A stretch of 64,000 nt of DNA from Felis catus (taxonomy: Eukaryota): NCBI RefSeq assembly GCF_018350175.1, contig NC_058368.1:153886001-153950000 (forward strand), written 5' to 3'. The position numbers and the translations under genes were made by a program. The notes beneath the pieces were generated by a model. The model had not been told where the DNA came from. It worked only from the letters and a program-made list of their open reading frames with translations, and made no database searches. This document shows, one piece after another, positions 12,605 to 26,399 of the stretch. How positions within the stretch are numbered: position 1 is the first letter of the stretch; every line of letters starts with the position of its first letter.

Positions 12605-14764
12605 GCACCACATTTTCTTTATCCATTCATCCATCGATGGACATTTGGGCTCTTTCCATACTTTGGCTATTGTTGGTAGTGCTGCTATAAACATGGGGGT
12701 GCATGTGTCCCTTTGAAACAGCACACCTGTATCCTGTGGATAAATGCCTAGTAGTGCAATTGCTGGGTCATAGGGTAGTTCTATTTTTAGTTTTTTGAGG
12801 AACCTCCATACTGTTTTCCAGAGTGGCTGCACCAGCTTGCATTGCCACCAAGAATGCAAAAGAGATCTTCTTTCTCCGCATCCTCGCCAACATCTATTGT
12901 TGCCTGAGTTGTTAATGTTAGCCATTCTGGCAGGTATAAGGTGATATCTCATTGTGGTTTTGATTTGTATTTCCCTGATGATGAGTGATGAGCATTTTTT
13001 CAGGTGTCGGTTGGCCATCTGGATGTCTTCTTTGGAGAAGTGTCTATTCATGTCTTTTGCCCATTTCTTCACTGGATTATTTGCTTTTTGGGTGTTGAGT
13101 TTGAGAAGTTCTTTATAGGTTTTGGATACTATCCCTTTATCTGATATGTCACTTGTAAATATCTTCTCTCATTCCTTCGGTTGTCTTTTAGGTTTGCTGA
13201 TTGTTTCCTTCGCTGTGCAGACGCTTTCTATTTGATGAGGTCCCAGTAGTTCATTTTTGCTTTTGTTTCCCTTGCCTCTGGAGACGTGTTGAGTAAGAAG
13301 TTGCTGCGGCCAAGATCAAAGAGGTTTTTGCCTGCTTTCTCTTCGAGGATTTTAATGGTTTCCTGTCTTACATTGAGGTCTTTCATCCATTTTGAGTTTA
13401 TGTTTGTGTGTGGTGTAAGAAAGTTGTCCAGGTTCATTCTTCTACATGTTGCTGTCCAGTTTTCCCAGCACCACTTGCTGAAGAGACTGTCTTTATTCCA
13501 TTGGATATTCTTTCCTGCTTTGTCAAAGATTAGTTGGCCATACGTTTGTGGGTCCATTTCTGTGTTTTCTATTCTGTTCCATTGATCTGAGTGTCTGTTC
13601 TTGTGCCAGTATCATACTGTCTTGATGATTACAGCTTTGTAATATAGCTTGAAGTCTGGGATTGTGATGCCTCCTGCTTTGGTTTTCTTTTTCAAGATTG
13701 CTTTGGCTATTCGGGGTCTTTTCTGGTTCCGTACAAATTTTAGGATTATTTGCTCTAGCTCTGTGAAGAATGCTGGTGTTATTTTGATAGCTATTGAATT
13801 GAATATGTAGATTGCTTTGGGTAGTATCGACATTTTAACAATATTTTTTCTTCCTATCCAGGAGCATGGAATCTCTTTCCATTTTTTTGTGTCTTCTTCA
13901 ATTTCTTTTGTAAGCTTTCTATCATTTTCAGTGTATAGATTTTTCACCTCTTTGGTTAGATTTATTCCTAGTTTTTTTGTGGTGTTTTGTGCATCTGTAA
14001 ATGGAATTGATTCGTTGATTTCTCTTTCTGTCACTTCATTGTTGGTGTATAGGCATGCAACCTATTTCTGTGCATTGATTTTATATCCTGCAACTTTGCT
14101 GAATTCATGAGTCAATTCTCACAGTTTTTTGGTGGAATCTTTTGGGTTTTCCATATAGAGTATCATGTCATCAGCAAAGAATGAAAGTTTGACCTCCTTC
14201 TGGCCAATTTGGATGCCTTTTATTTCTTTGTGTTGTCTGATTGCAGAGGCTAAGGCTTCCAATACTATGTTGAATAACAGTGGCAAGAGTTGACATCCCT
14301 GTCTTGTTCCTGACCTTAGGGGAAAGCTCTCAGTTTTTCCCCATTGAGGGTTATATTAGCGTTGGGTCGTTCATATATGGCTCTTATGATCTCAAGGTAT
14401 GCTCCTTCTGTCCTTATCTTCTTGAGGGTTTTTATCAAGAAAGAATGCTATATTTTGTCAAATGCTTTCTCTGCATCTATTGAGAGGATCATATGGTTCT
14501 TGTCCTTTCTTTTATTGATGTGATGAATCACACTAATTTGTTTTGCGGATATTGAGCCAGCCCTGCACCCCAGGTATAAATCCCAATTGGTTGTGGTGAA
14601 TAATTTTTTAAATGTATTGTTGGATCTGGTTGGCTAATATCTTGTTGAAGATTTTTGCATCCATGTTCATCAGGGAAATTGGTCTATATTTCTCCTTTTT
14701 AGTGGGGTCTCTGTCTGGTTTTGGAATTGAGGTAATGCTGGCTTCATAGAAAGAGGTTGGAAGT
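11915..14764 (-). mobile_element. 5'-truncated carnivore L1 (~2.85 kb; disrupted ORF2 RT and C-terminal domains plus 3'UTR)
   Basis: ORF2 peptides [60 protein letters not shown] and CWRGCGE...[15 protein letters not shown]; frameshifts and stops present; T-rich tail at ~11915-11950. Confidence 0.96.
12301..12605. repeat. Expanded CA/TG/AT microsatellite and (atatataaatatcttt)-type minisatellite inside the L1
   Basis: Seen directly. Confidence 0.92.
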
Positions 14765-15260
14765 AATGTGAGTTGTTTTTTCATATCCTCAAATGCAGGA
14801 CTGAGTATTTTAATCACACTTGGAATATGGATTTTTTGTTTTCTTCTGCTTCCAGTTTTTTTTTTCAGGAGGAGGGTTTTTAATTAGTTGGTCTATGTGA
14901 CACTTTGCTTCCTGATATTTTGCAATAATGTAACTTACAGAGCTTCATTTGTTCACTTTTGTGATATTGGGGTGTTTAACAAGTCATTCCAATCTATTAT
15001 TAGAGCACAGTCTGGGTACTTTGTCTTTTTGTTTGTTTCTCCTTCTCCTCACCATCCTTCCCCCCCACCCCCCCGCCCTTCTTCTTCTTTGAGTTGGTAT
15101 GGTTGGGGCAGGCTTTGAAGCAAGCAAAAGCAGATCTAAAAACAATTTCATAAATAGCAGGCCTCCTTCCTCTTTGGTTGCTGAATTGGCTACATTTGTT
15201 TTTATGTGGGAAATAGATGAAAATGATTTTACTCTAGCTGCATAAATTTAGAGATATATA

Positions 15261-15264
<4 letters not shown>

Positions 15265-15303
<39 letters not shown>
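15265..15303. repeat. Poly(T) run of about 39 nt (one T longer in copy 2)
   Basis: Seen directly; offset shifts from 45860 to 45861. Confidence 0.95.
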
Positions 15304-15305
<2 letters not shown>

Positions 15306-15435
15306 ATTCCCCCTTCATCACCCAGCTGCTAAGGTGTGATTTTCCCATTCTTCTTTGTTCTGTTTTATTCACCAGAAGCTATGTATTTTGAAAAGCTTTA
15401 AATTGAGTCCTTCCTTTTAAAATCACATGTTCTTT

Positions 15436-15665
15436 GGGGAGTATGGGTGGCTCAGTTGGTTAAGTGTCTGCCTCTTGATTTCAGCTCAGATCATGATCTC
15501 AGAATTTGTGGGCTTGAGCCCCACATGAGGCTCTGAGCTGACAGTGCAGAGCCTGCTTGGGATCTCTCTCTGTCTCTCTCTGTCTCTGTCTCTGTCTCTC
15601 TGCCCCTCCTTCACTTGCACTCTTTCTTTCTCAAATAAATAAATATTATACACACACAGACACAA

Positions 15666-15706
<41 letters not shown>
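15436..15706 (+). mobile_element. Can-SINE with (CA)n tail
   Basis: ggggagtatgggtggctcagttggttaag head; TSD atcacat(g/a)ttcttt. Confidence 0.92.
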
Positions 15707-15709
<3 letters not shown>

Positions 15710-16139
15710 CACATATTCTTTGTAATTATTTCCCTATGGTCCATGCTGTGAACTGCCTGAACACTTGAAATACTTTTAGATATAAGGTAGAATTAATTTT
15801 CCTGACCTTTGTTTTGATCTCCTTAGTCCCCTTCACTAATTCCCCCTATTTTCCTCCCTGAACTTTTTCAGTATGCCTTCATTTGCCTCAAGCTTTGCTA
15901 CAGGGCAACAGAGTAGAGATGGGATGAGAGCAGGAGAGACCGTGTGCAGAGATTTGGTGATTCCTCTCTTTATTACTTGCATTTATTTTGACGTTTCAGT
16001 ATTACCTACTTTGGTTGGTGTTGAGGACATAATTTTGTGTAGAATTTAATTTTCTCCTCTTGTTTATTATTGTTTGGGACAACATTAGGAGCGAGGAAGC
16101 TATGTAGCTGCCACTGTCTTTGGCCTTCCAGAAACAATG

Positions 16140-17080
16140 GACTTTTACATAGAACTGTTATGAACATTTGTGTACAAGTTTTATTTTTTGTGTGGTTGTA
16201 TATTTTGATTCCTCTTGAATAAATAGAGGTGGAATTGCTGGGTCATAAAATAGATATACATTTAAGTTTTAAAGAAATTGTCTAAGAGTACTCCCAAGTG
16301 GTTGTACAGGTTGGCTCTCCCACTTCCAATAGGGAGAATTGTATATTCTTTTGATACAGATATAAGAGCAGATTGAAAATATTCCATGATTTTCTATTGC
16401 AGTTGAGAAGTCAACTGTCCATTTTATTGTTTTCCTTCATTGGATTTTTATTTTATCTCTGGTTACATTTAATACCTTCTTTTTGTCTTTGATGGTCTGT
16501 AATTTCACCAAGATACAGATGTGATTATTTTCATACATAATGCTTGAGGTTCATTTGGCTTTCTTGGTCTCAGGTTAATGCTTTCTCATAGCCGGAAAAA
16601 TTCTACAGCATCATCTCTGATAATTGCCTCATCTCTTTATTCTATTTTTTTTTCAAAAACTCCAAGTACTAGTATGTTAGATCATCTTTAATTGTGTTTA
16701 AAATTTTCCATTTATTGGTTTCTTTGAATGTTTATTTTGCATAATTGTTTGGATCTGTGTTTCAATTCAGCAATTCTCATTTCACCAATGACTGTTATGC
16801 TCTTTAATATGTTCAGTTAGTTTTACACTTTAATTATATTTTACATTTTGTGTCATATTTTGTTCATTTTCAGTATGATTAGAGACCCTTAATGGACTCA
16901 TTCCTTGCTTGTGTTTTTAAGCTGATCTTTTATTTCTTTCTGTACATAACCATGTTTATTTCATATTTGATTGCTGATAATTTTAATATCTAAAGTCTTC
17001 AGGGGTGTTATTTTGCTTTTAGTCAATTCTCTTAGAAAGCATTCATGGTGCCTTTTTTCCATGTGTGTTTTGTGATTTTT
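16140..17080 (-). mobile_element. Ancient L1M-type fragments
   Basis: Degenerate L1 phrases (ggaattgctgggtcata, gttgagaagtcaactgtc); T-rich on the + strand. Confidence 0.6.
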
Positions 17081-17084
17081 TTCT

Positions 17085-17122
17085 TTTTTACTTTACTTTT
17101 CTGGTCTTTCTTTTCTTTATTT

Positions 17123-17173
<51 letters not shown>

Positions 17174-17217
17174 CTTTCTCTTTCTTTTTCTTTCTTTCTT
17201 CTTTCTTTTTTCTTTTT

Positions 17218-17263
<46 letters not shown>
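17085..17263. repeat. (TTTC)n compound tetranucleotide repeat; 15 nt longer in copy 2
   Basis: Seen directly; offset shifts from 45861 to 45876. Confidence 0.95.
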
Positions 17264-17264
<1 letters not shown>

Positions 17265-20200
17265 ATTTTTGTAAATGTAAGCTGCTTATTTACCTTAAAA
17301 TTTTTTGCATGCATATTCATTCTTGCTGGCTTAATTATATTCTTCCAAGAAGATTCATACTGGCTTCTGTTGATTTCCCCCTAACCAAACAACAGCCACT
17401 AAAAATTAAATTTTCCTCATGACGTTTTTCAGACAATAGTTACCACATGATAGTATGATTAGAACAAATACTTAAGTGGGTGATTTTGGGTTTTTTTGTT
17501 ACCTTCACTTATTGCCAGGTTTGAGGCAGGCAGTTTTTCTTGTTCTTCTCTTCTCTGTCGCAACTTCATTTTGCTTCACCATTACAGTGTTGGTGTGTCT
17601 GCTCAGGTCTCATTTTATGATGAGGATGAAATCTTACTATTCCCTAGTATAACAGTTTCTAGGCTTTATATCCTGTTCCTCACCCAGTGCAGCCATTAGT
17701 GGGAAATTGAAGAAATCTGGATTTGTCAACATATGTTATGGAAAGATTTAGCTCACTAGGTTACTCTTTTCACTATTTTTTGCCCACTGTGAATTTTTTT
17801 ATTACATTCTAATTTTTTTCCAAAATTTTTATTACTCATTTCAGTAGATTATATCTGGTCGATTGTTCAGAGTATCTTGTCTGCCATTCTGTTAGGTCTG
17901 GGAATATGATGCTATTTTAAGTGACTATTGAAACACTAGTGGAGGAGTCTAGATAGGACAATGAACTAGATACTTCTACAGATACAGAAGAAAGAGAAAG
18001 TTTGATTCCTCCCAGAGCCTTGGAGAAAAAGAATTAAATAAATATGCTTCAAAATTCAGATATATTCCATTTAGCACTATGTTTACATTGACAATCTATA
18101 CTCATTTCAAAACATATTAAAAAGAATATAAAATACCAGTGTCTCCATGATGCTCTTAGCTATTTCTACCAAAAAAAATCAGAGACCCAAAGAGATTAAT
18201 CCCAATTTAAGTTAAAATATTAACCATAATGATCTCAAAGTTATACAGTGGCAATATTTTTTCAATCTAACTATCAATAACTCTAGAGACAAAACACAAG
18301 CAAAAACGTTTGCTAGGTAGAAGATTAAAATACCACCTTTAAAAATTGTAAGCTGTTCAAGAGGTTAATTTGTTTAGAAATTATTAAAAAATGGCAATAA
18401 TGTTTTTAATAATGAAGAATTGATACCAGATGGTAATAAAATTGATATATCTTAGTATAATAGAGAAATTAGCAAGGTAAAGAATAATTAACTTTTTAAA
18501 ACCAGGACCATTTTGTATATGAAATTTAACAGTCTTAACAGGTTTAATTTTTATTTGCAGATAGTTTTTAAAATTTTTGATTTGTATGGTTCTAGTTGAT
18601 TTAGATAAAACCAATACCTATTATAAAATCTGACAAAAATTTGGGAATATATTAAAAACTATATGGTATTAATTTAGGGATTTGGACAAGTAATGCCAAC
18701 AGTCTCAGTCAATTGGCAATAGGACATATTGCCTTCTAGAACATAAACCTTTTCTCTGAATATGTAAAGTACCTCTTAATTCTTTATTTTCTTGTAAAAT
18801 AAAGGCACATAAAGACATTTTAATTCTTTAAAAGTGCTAAAGTTTAATGTTCTTAAACTAAGTGGTAAGAGCCAGAGATTGGAGCCTGTTTCATATATAA
18901 TTCATAAATCCATGTACATACTTGAGTATTTTTTTTGTTTATTTAAATACTCCTTCCCACTGAGAGTCAAGAACCTTGTTGTTTATTTTGGTATCGTTAG
19001 GTTCTACTTCAGTGTTTGGCAACTTCAGGTGCTCAACAAGATTACTAAATGAATAGCTTAAGAGACTGGAATTTTTGAGTGTCTGAAAGTTTATAAGGTA
19101 CATATTTTCAAAGTTTTCACATGTATGCATGCCTCCATATTTTATACATATGAACACCTTCAATTCTAAATGTCTCTGTGGAAATGGTATATACACAAAC
19201 TTCACTCTTCTTTGTGGAAAGTGAAACCTTTAAATACTAAGAAAAGTATTTGTTCCAAATCACAATACTAATGTGGTCTAGCATAGACTCTAATTCAGAT
19301 TTCCTGTTTCAGTTCAATGTGGGTTTTGAGAGATGAGGGAATAAACTCTCCATGTAAGAATAAAAAATCATAGACTTCAAACATGCATTCTCCCACTTTT
19401 TTCGGATTAAAGATGCTATGGGTCTTTGGCTAGTATCCAGAATACATGATGGGCATTTAAGGTTATCTATTTTAAATTGCTGTTAGAAGGAAACCTAGTT
19501 CTTTTTGAATTTATTTTGGTTATCTTTCCTTATCTAACACTATTCAAAGCTGAAAGTATTGCAGTGAGACTTAGCTATTCTATCTTTGTGAGCTCGTTCC
19601 GATTTTACTTTTGTCTGAATACATCTATATAATATCATACCTTTATATAAGCTTTATATTTGAAAGCACTTCTATACCTATCATCTCATTTTATCTTTAC
19701 AACAACCATCTATGCTGCATAGGGAGTTACTCCTATACCATTTACAGCTGGAAAAGATGACATTAAGAAAGGTCAAGTGGTTTGTTTAATATTGTGAAAT
19801 TATTAGAGGAGCCACAGGACTAAAACTAGATGTTTTCAATCATTGCCTAAGATTTTTCTCTTTAGATCATATTGCATGTCTTTTCATATCCATAGTGCAA
19901 TCCATTCAATATACCAGCAAAAGAATACAAAATATTTTATCAAATATTTGATTAATGACTAAATATTTTTTTGCGTTGACACAGTAATCATTTGATTTTA
20001 GCATGTTCTTGTTCATAACACTAAGTATGACACTTTTCTTCAAGTGCTATTTATTTAATGAATGTCCTTGGGGTTTCTGCTATATGCTGTGTATTCTCCT
20101 AAAAAGCATTTTTATCATGATAATAAAAATCAATCAATGTTTTTTTTCTTATTTTAGCAAATTACTGCATCTTCATTCAGCTAAAAGGAAATATAATGTG

Positions 20201-20499
20201 CAAACTCAGAGTTAAAAATAAGTAATTTAGATCCTCTAGTTTGTACTGTATTCTTGTTAAAATGGTTTGGAAATATATGGGAGTCACATGGTCCAAATCA
20301 CTTTGAAATGTACCAAAAATTGTATTCCATGGCCATAAAGCTGTATACATACAAAGTAATATTATAACAATAGAATAAAATAAGTCAATGCTTTGTTTAT
20401 CTTTCATCACAGGAGTAAGGGATTCACATAAGTGACATTTCCAGATTACTGAATATCAGTTTTTAAAATACCACGTCCTAACAATTTAGAAGAAAATAT

Positions 20500-20746
20500 T
20501 TTTTTGTTTATTTATTTATTTTTTTGGGAGGGAGAGAGAAAGAGAGGGAGAGAGAGAGAAAGAGAATGAGAGTGCATGAGCAGGGGAGGGGCAGAAAGAG
20601 AGAGTGGAAGAGAGAATCCAAAGCAGGGTTTGCACTGTCAGTGCAGAGTCTGACTTGGGGAGCTCAAAATCATGAACTGTGTGATCATGACCTGAGCCAA
20701 AATCACAATTTGGATGCTTAACCGACTGAGCCATCGAGGTGCCCCC
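20500..20746 (-). mobile_element. Can-SINE
   Basis: ...gcttaaccgactgagccatcgaggtgccccc head on minus strand; TSD aga(a/t)gaaaatatttt. Confidence 0.92.
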
Positions 20747-21809
20747 AGATGAAAATATTTTTTTGAATCTAATACAGAATTTCATTTCCTTCTTAACATT
20801 AAACTATATTTAAACATTTTTTATGACTTCATCCTATCTTTATACTTGTATGTGTTTCAGCATACCATAGTGAGTAGCTCTAAGCCACTGTATACTTAAT
20901 GGTTCTCTTGGTTTTATTTTCTCTTCTTTTTAAAATGTCTTATTATATCCAAATAACCTTGCTAACTGGTTTTAATTTAATTGCTGCACACTATAATTTA
21001 GAAAGAAATAATCCTTAAAAGGTAAACATACAGGCTGCTTTAGTTTAAAATCAGCTTACTTTTCACTGGAGACAAAATCATACAATGAAACAACTGAACA
21101 TAAATATATGGAAAATTTTTAATCTCAATAATAAAAAATGCCTATTAAAACAATTTTAAATGCCTATTAAATTACTAGTTTTGTCCAATCAAATTGGTAA
21201 TTTTTTATATTAATGCTCACATTTTGAATTGTGAAAAAAATCATCATTATTGTATATTATTGCAATTTAGCAATATGTATCAATAGCCATAAAATGGTAC
21301 ATAACTTTAATATATAAATTGTACTTCTATATATTTACACTAAAACGTTTACATATCAGTAAGTGTATACATATATTATGTTGTATATTATTTCTGTGTG
21401 TTCCCTTTTAGAGGCAGATATAGGTAAATAGAGAGAGAGAGATGTATGTGTATTTATATAGAGAAAGCATGATAAGTTATTAAATGAAGAAAGCCAGTTT
21501 TAAGTATTTTGTTTTAATAAAACATTTATGTTTTATGAATACGTAGAAATAGAAATTAGTCTAGAATGATCTCCAGATGGTCAATAACAGTTATCTCTGA
21601 GTGGTGAGAATATGGAGGAGTTTCATTATTTTTTACACATCTATATAATAGTTTTGTCTTTAAAATCAGCACATATTAATTTTATAAAAAATACTCATCT
21701 TGGTGGCATAGGAAGTAGGGAGAATGGACAGGCAGTAGAACTAAGGCCCAATACTGTCTCAATGGCAGTGACAGCTTATGCTCTCTACTTGGGAATTTTG
21801 CCATCATTT

Positions 21810-22320
21810 TATTGAATAAGCACATCTGTCTGCCAAGCACCATTATATGTGTTGCTTTGCTTAATCTTTATAATGCATTATTTTCTCATTTTACGGATTT
21901 GGAAGCTGAGACAGAGTAATTTACCCAAGGTGCCATTTAGAAGTGGCAGACCTAAGGCTTGAAACCAGATCCGTCTAACTAAAAACTGTTTACTTTCCAC
22001 CCCGCAGTATTTTGACAGACTTTTGCTTAGAATTTATTTTCTTAGTTTTCTATTTTGGAATGTATTCTACAAATGTGACATTGCTGTTTATATATTATAG
22101 GTAGTAAGGGGGACTTACTATTAGATTGCTATGATTTGAACCCCATTCCACTGTTTAAGAGTTTTCCTTATCTCACTTTTCTGTGTCTGCCTTCTGATCT
22201 GTAAAATAGGAGTGGTCATAGTACCTATCACATAGTCTGTTGTATAGGTACTGATGTGAGATAATGCATGAAAAGCACATAATGCATAGCATAGTATCTG
22301 GTTACTATCATTAACGTTAT
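21810..22320. mobile_element. MIR-like relics (two pieces)
   Basis: cattttacggatttggaagctgagacagag and atctgtaaaataggagtggtcatagtaccta MIR core motifs. Confidence 0.6.
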
Positions 22321-24685
22321 TAGTATTATATTTAATAATAAATATTATTTCCTATTTGTGGAACAGTTGTATAAACCACCAATTAGAGCTTCATCATGTA
22401 ATTTATTAAGTGGGACTAAAGATTCTTTCAAATTTAGGTATTTTTCTTTCTGGTCAGTAATAGCAGTAGATTTTTTATGTTACTTGAAGGAATTCAAATA
22501 TATACAGATTCTACAATAAAATCCCAGTAGAAGATTGTTCAAGATTATAACTTTTGTCCTCTTCATCTGTGAAAGGTATTCAAATTTAATTTTATTAGAG
22601 GGCAATATCTGGCAAGTCCATAGAAATTACTACTAGTTTTTCAATATTTCTTGTTGCTTGGCTATTATATGCAAGCACTGGCTTAAGTTTTGTGTGAGAT
22701 AAAAAGGACATGTAAAAGTTAGTATTTCACAAAGAAGCTACATAAACAAATGAAAAAATGGGCAGAAAATTACTATCATAAGGTAGGGACAGATAAACTG
22801 GACATTTAAAGGAAGAAGAGAGTTGGCATAGTTTGGATGAATTGGGAAATGAAATCTCGTCAGCATGTGAATCAGGTCTTGAGTGTGTAAGATTTAGAAA
22901 TACAGAGAAGGGTCTATGCATGGGTGTATTCCAGACATTCCAGTCCTAGGGGATCATACAAGTAAAGCCCAAGATCTGAGAAGTGTGTACACATACTTGG
23001 AACTGAAAGCGGTTGTGTAACTTTGGCATACAAGGATTGTGAGAATTGCAAAGGCTATAGAAACATATTAGGCTGATAAAGAAAGTGATGGTCAAATCCA
23101 GAAGAGCCTTGGTACCTGGCCAAGGAATTAGAATTTTACTTTATTGTCATCAGGGTGTCACTGAAGTATTTCTACTATGAAATGATCTGATCAGAGTTGT
23201 ACTTTAGGAAGATTAAGTCAACAGTAGCCCATTATGTGGATTACTAGGGAAGAATCCAGAGTTAAGAAAGTGAACTAGGGGAGTTGTGAGTGGTTCCTTC
23301 TGTAAAACTATATACCTTTGCCTTTAAAGGATCCATAGAACTAATTATATAAAACATTGACATAAGGAGGAATGTACCATGAGAGAGATCAAATACTTTG
23401 CTTTGAGAGCATTGTATGTGGGAAAAGTATGAATTAACAAAGAGCTAACAAAGAGTTACACCTGCCTTGTCTGGTGTTTGTCCTTTTTAAAATACAAGAT
23501 GTCCTCTTTACTTGGGCTTTTAATATAATTGGGTTTGTCATATGCAAAGTTGGATATCAAAGCAAAAGTCATTATAACCTGAAAATTATTCACAAATAAA
23601 CCAGTTATGAAATTAGTGTCCACTGAAGCATTTCCCCCAACAATTAACCCTAATGTCTACCTTGTATTTGTATAGTTTATTACCTTTCTAATTGTCAGAT
23701 GTTATATGTTTGTAATGGGACTATTGTCTTATTTTGATTGAGACATGCTTATAGAAATTGAAAGTAGATGATCAAAAATAACTAGATTACTTACACAAAT
23801 CAAGAATATAAATGGGTCAGGTTATAGGAAACTGTAAAGATTTTGAGGGGGATGACTTCTTTAGAAAGAGCATGGTTGGGATTCTCATCGTTCCAAACAA
23901 AGGCGTCTAGGTAGATGTGCTGGTTCTCACAATGGATTTTCAGTGGACTGCTAGGATGGCTTGAAATGTGTTCCGTGCTATACAAGGAGATGATAGATGA
24001 GATCTGACTCACATTGAAAAGAGAGCTAAAGGTCAAAAGTCTGGCAAAATCAGCCGAGGTCAAAAGAGGAGGCCACATGAGGACTTCTGCCACGGAGTGA
24101 GGGCAGTGCAGAAATTGAGGAGAAGTATTAAGACATGAGCAAAAGGACCACAATGATTGTGTCATGAGAGTTACAATTGGAGAAATCTAGCAAGAGCATT
24201 CCCTCAAACAGAGAAAAAAATGTTAGATTTAAGCATTTCCCTGGAACAAAGAGCTTGAAACTGTCTCATAATAAGAACAATCATTTGAGAAAGTTTTGCT
24301 TTCTCCAGCCCCCCTGCCTCTTTCCACATCTCTGTGAGCTTAACTTGCTTTAACCTTGATTGGAAATGGCAGGAACTCTAGTTAGTAGTAAAAATGATAT
24401 AGACATATCATATAGATACCATATAAGAAAAGAGGGAGAAAAAGAAACTTGCACACTGCACACTCAAGAGACAACAAAATTTTTCTTCTAACATGTCTAG
24501 AAGTTGGAAAGATTAACTTTAAATCAAGTTGAAAGTTTTGATTATTATCGTGTGGGCATTTTAAATTATGGAGACTTAGTACCTAGGGTTATCAGTGAAC
24601 TCATGGGGACTGCCTGAGTGTCTATCTGGGAATGGGGACTGGGGGAGAAAGGTGTACACATCAACTGGATTTAAAAGGAAAGTGA

Positions 24686-24797
24686 GGGGCGTCTGGGTGG
24701 CTCAGTCGATTAAGCATCCAGCTCTTGATTTCTCACGTCATGATCCTCTGATTGGGCCTTGTGCTGCGATCTTTGCTGACTGTGGAGGCTGTTTAAG

Positions 24798-24843
<46 letters not shown>

Positions 24844-24910
24844 CCTCTCTCCCCCTCCCCTTCTGCCCTTCTCCCCCACTCATGCTCTGTCTCTATAATA
24901 AAAAAAAATC
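24686..24910 (+). mobile_element. Can-SINE with long (CT)n
   Basis: ggggcgtctgggtggctcagtcg head; TSD aaagtgag. Confidence 0.92.
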
Positions 24911-24984
24911 AAAGTGAGAACATGATAATGTTACTTTAATTATTTCACTACAGGAGTCCTCTTTGTTTAACTTAATGATATGGT

Positions 24985-25223
24985 GGGGCCCCTGGGTGGC
25001 TCAGTCGGTTAAGTGTCTGACTTTGGCTCTGGTCATGATTTCAGTTTGAATGTTCGAGCCCCCCGTCGAGCTCTGTGCTGACAGGGCTCTGTGTTGACAG
25101 CTTGGAGCCTGGAGCCTAGAGCCTGCTTTGGATTCTGTGACTCGCTCTCTCTTTTCCTGTCCCCTGCCCACACTCTGTCTGTCTCTCTCTCACACACAAA
25201 TAAACAAACATTAAAAAATTTTT
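24985..25223 (+). mobile_element. Felid-type SINEC with short internal duplications
   Basis: ggggcccctgggtggctcagtcggttaag head; gctctgtg(c/t)tgacag repeated; TSD aacttaatgatatg. Confidence 0.92.
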
Positions 25224-25539
25224 TAACTTAATGATATGATGTGCCAAAAAAAAGTGAAATTGCAAGTTATGCAAATGATGAAGATTTAAATAAAGTCAAT
25301 GGAACTGATAATGGGATTTGATTAACAAATGAAAAGTTAAGTAGCTCACATACATCCTTCTAAAAGAAAAATAATATTAAACCCACCTCAATAGCTGCTA
25401 TAATCTCACCCTCCAAATAGAATTACATATATCAAAACTTTTGGTTAAATAAATATCCACAACTTTTATATATTTTTCCATATAAGTATCTTTCACAGTT
25501 AAGTCAAACAGTGCATCATCATTATATTTCCTTTCTTAT

Positions 25540-25745
25540 TTATTTATTTTTTATGTTTATGTATTTGATAGAGAGAGGGAGAGTGCATGCCAGAGTGGTG
25601 GGGGGTAGGGTGGAAAGAGAAACCCAAGTAGGCTCTGCACTGATGGTGCTCTGCCCAAAGAGGCTCCATCCCACCAACTGTGAGATTGCGACCTGAGTGG
25701 AAACTAAGAGCCAGTGCCCAACAGACTGAGCCACCCAAGCACCCC
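25540..25745 (-). mobile_element. Can-SINE
   Basis: 17-bp TSD tatatttcctttcttat at 25523-25539 and 25746-25762. Confidence 0.92.
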
Positions 25746-26124
25746 TATATTTCCTTTCTTATAAGATCCTTTATGAACCCCTTTTTTCTTAGAAGTAACC
25801 AATTTTTAAAAATTTTAAATTGCCTTTTAAACATGTATTTATCACTAACACTATTCAAAGTTTCCAACAGGACTGTAAAAGCTTTACTAGTATGGTTAAG
25901 CTTATTAGGTGTTTCCCTCAGTATTTTTAAATTGGGTAAATGCCTTACCAAATCTTTCATCTTTCTGCTCTAAGACGAACTCTTTGCCTTTAAGCCTGCT
26001 TCATATCTGTCATTCTGGGTTTTTACCTAAGCATTATGTTGGCAAAACTCTCAGCCTCTATAATGTATTAGGCCCCTAGTTTTGTCTAGCCTATCCTACA
26101 TTTTCTTCTCTTTCTTTCTTTCTT

Positions 26125-26152
26125 TTCTTAAAAAATAATCAGTTTGTTTATT

Positions 26153-26198
<46 letters not shown>

Positions 26199-26371
26199 CA
26201 CATGAGCAGGGGAGAGGGAGAGTAAGGTGGGGGAGAGAGAATCCCAAGCAGGCTTTACAGTGTCAGTGCAGAGCCCCTTGTGGGGCTCGAATTCATAAAC
26301 CTTGGGACCATGACCTGAACCGAAATCAAGAGGAAGACAACACTTAAATGGCTGAGCCACCCAGTCGTCTC
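26125..26371 (-). mobile_element. Can-SINE with (GA)n
   Basis: ggctgagccacccagtcgtctc head; (AG)n tract; TSD-like cattttc...ctttct. Confidence 0.9.
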
Positions 26372-26399
26372 CATTTTCCTCTTTCTGAGTTTACTTTCT

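Larger units (their letters stand above)
5233..18124 (+). repeat. Segmental duplication, copy 1 (the part whose second copy is visible in the window)
   Basis: Matches 51091-64000; ORF translations are identical at offsets 45858, 45860, 45861 and 45876. Confidence 0.98.

Noticed and set aside
12545..14817. ORFs of 69-175 aa with reverse-transcriptase-like peptides
   Set aside because: Frameshifted fragments of L1 ORF2 in a 5'-truncated element; not a host gene or a novel RT system.
17045..17422. F/S/L-rich and K/E/R-rich ORFs
   Set aside because: Translations of the (TTTC)n repeat.
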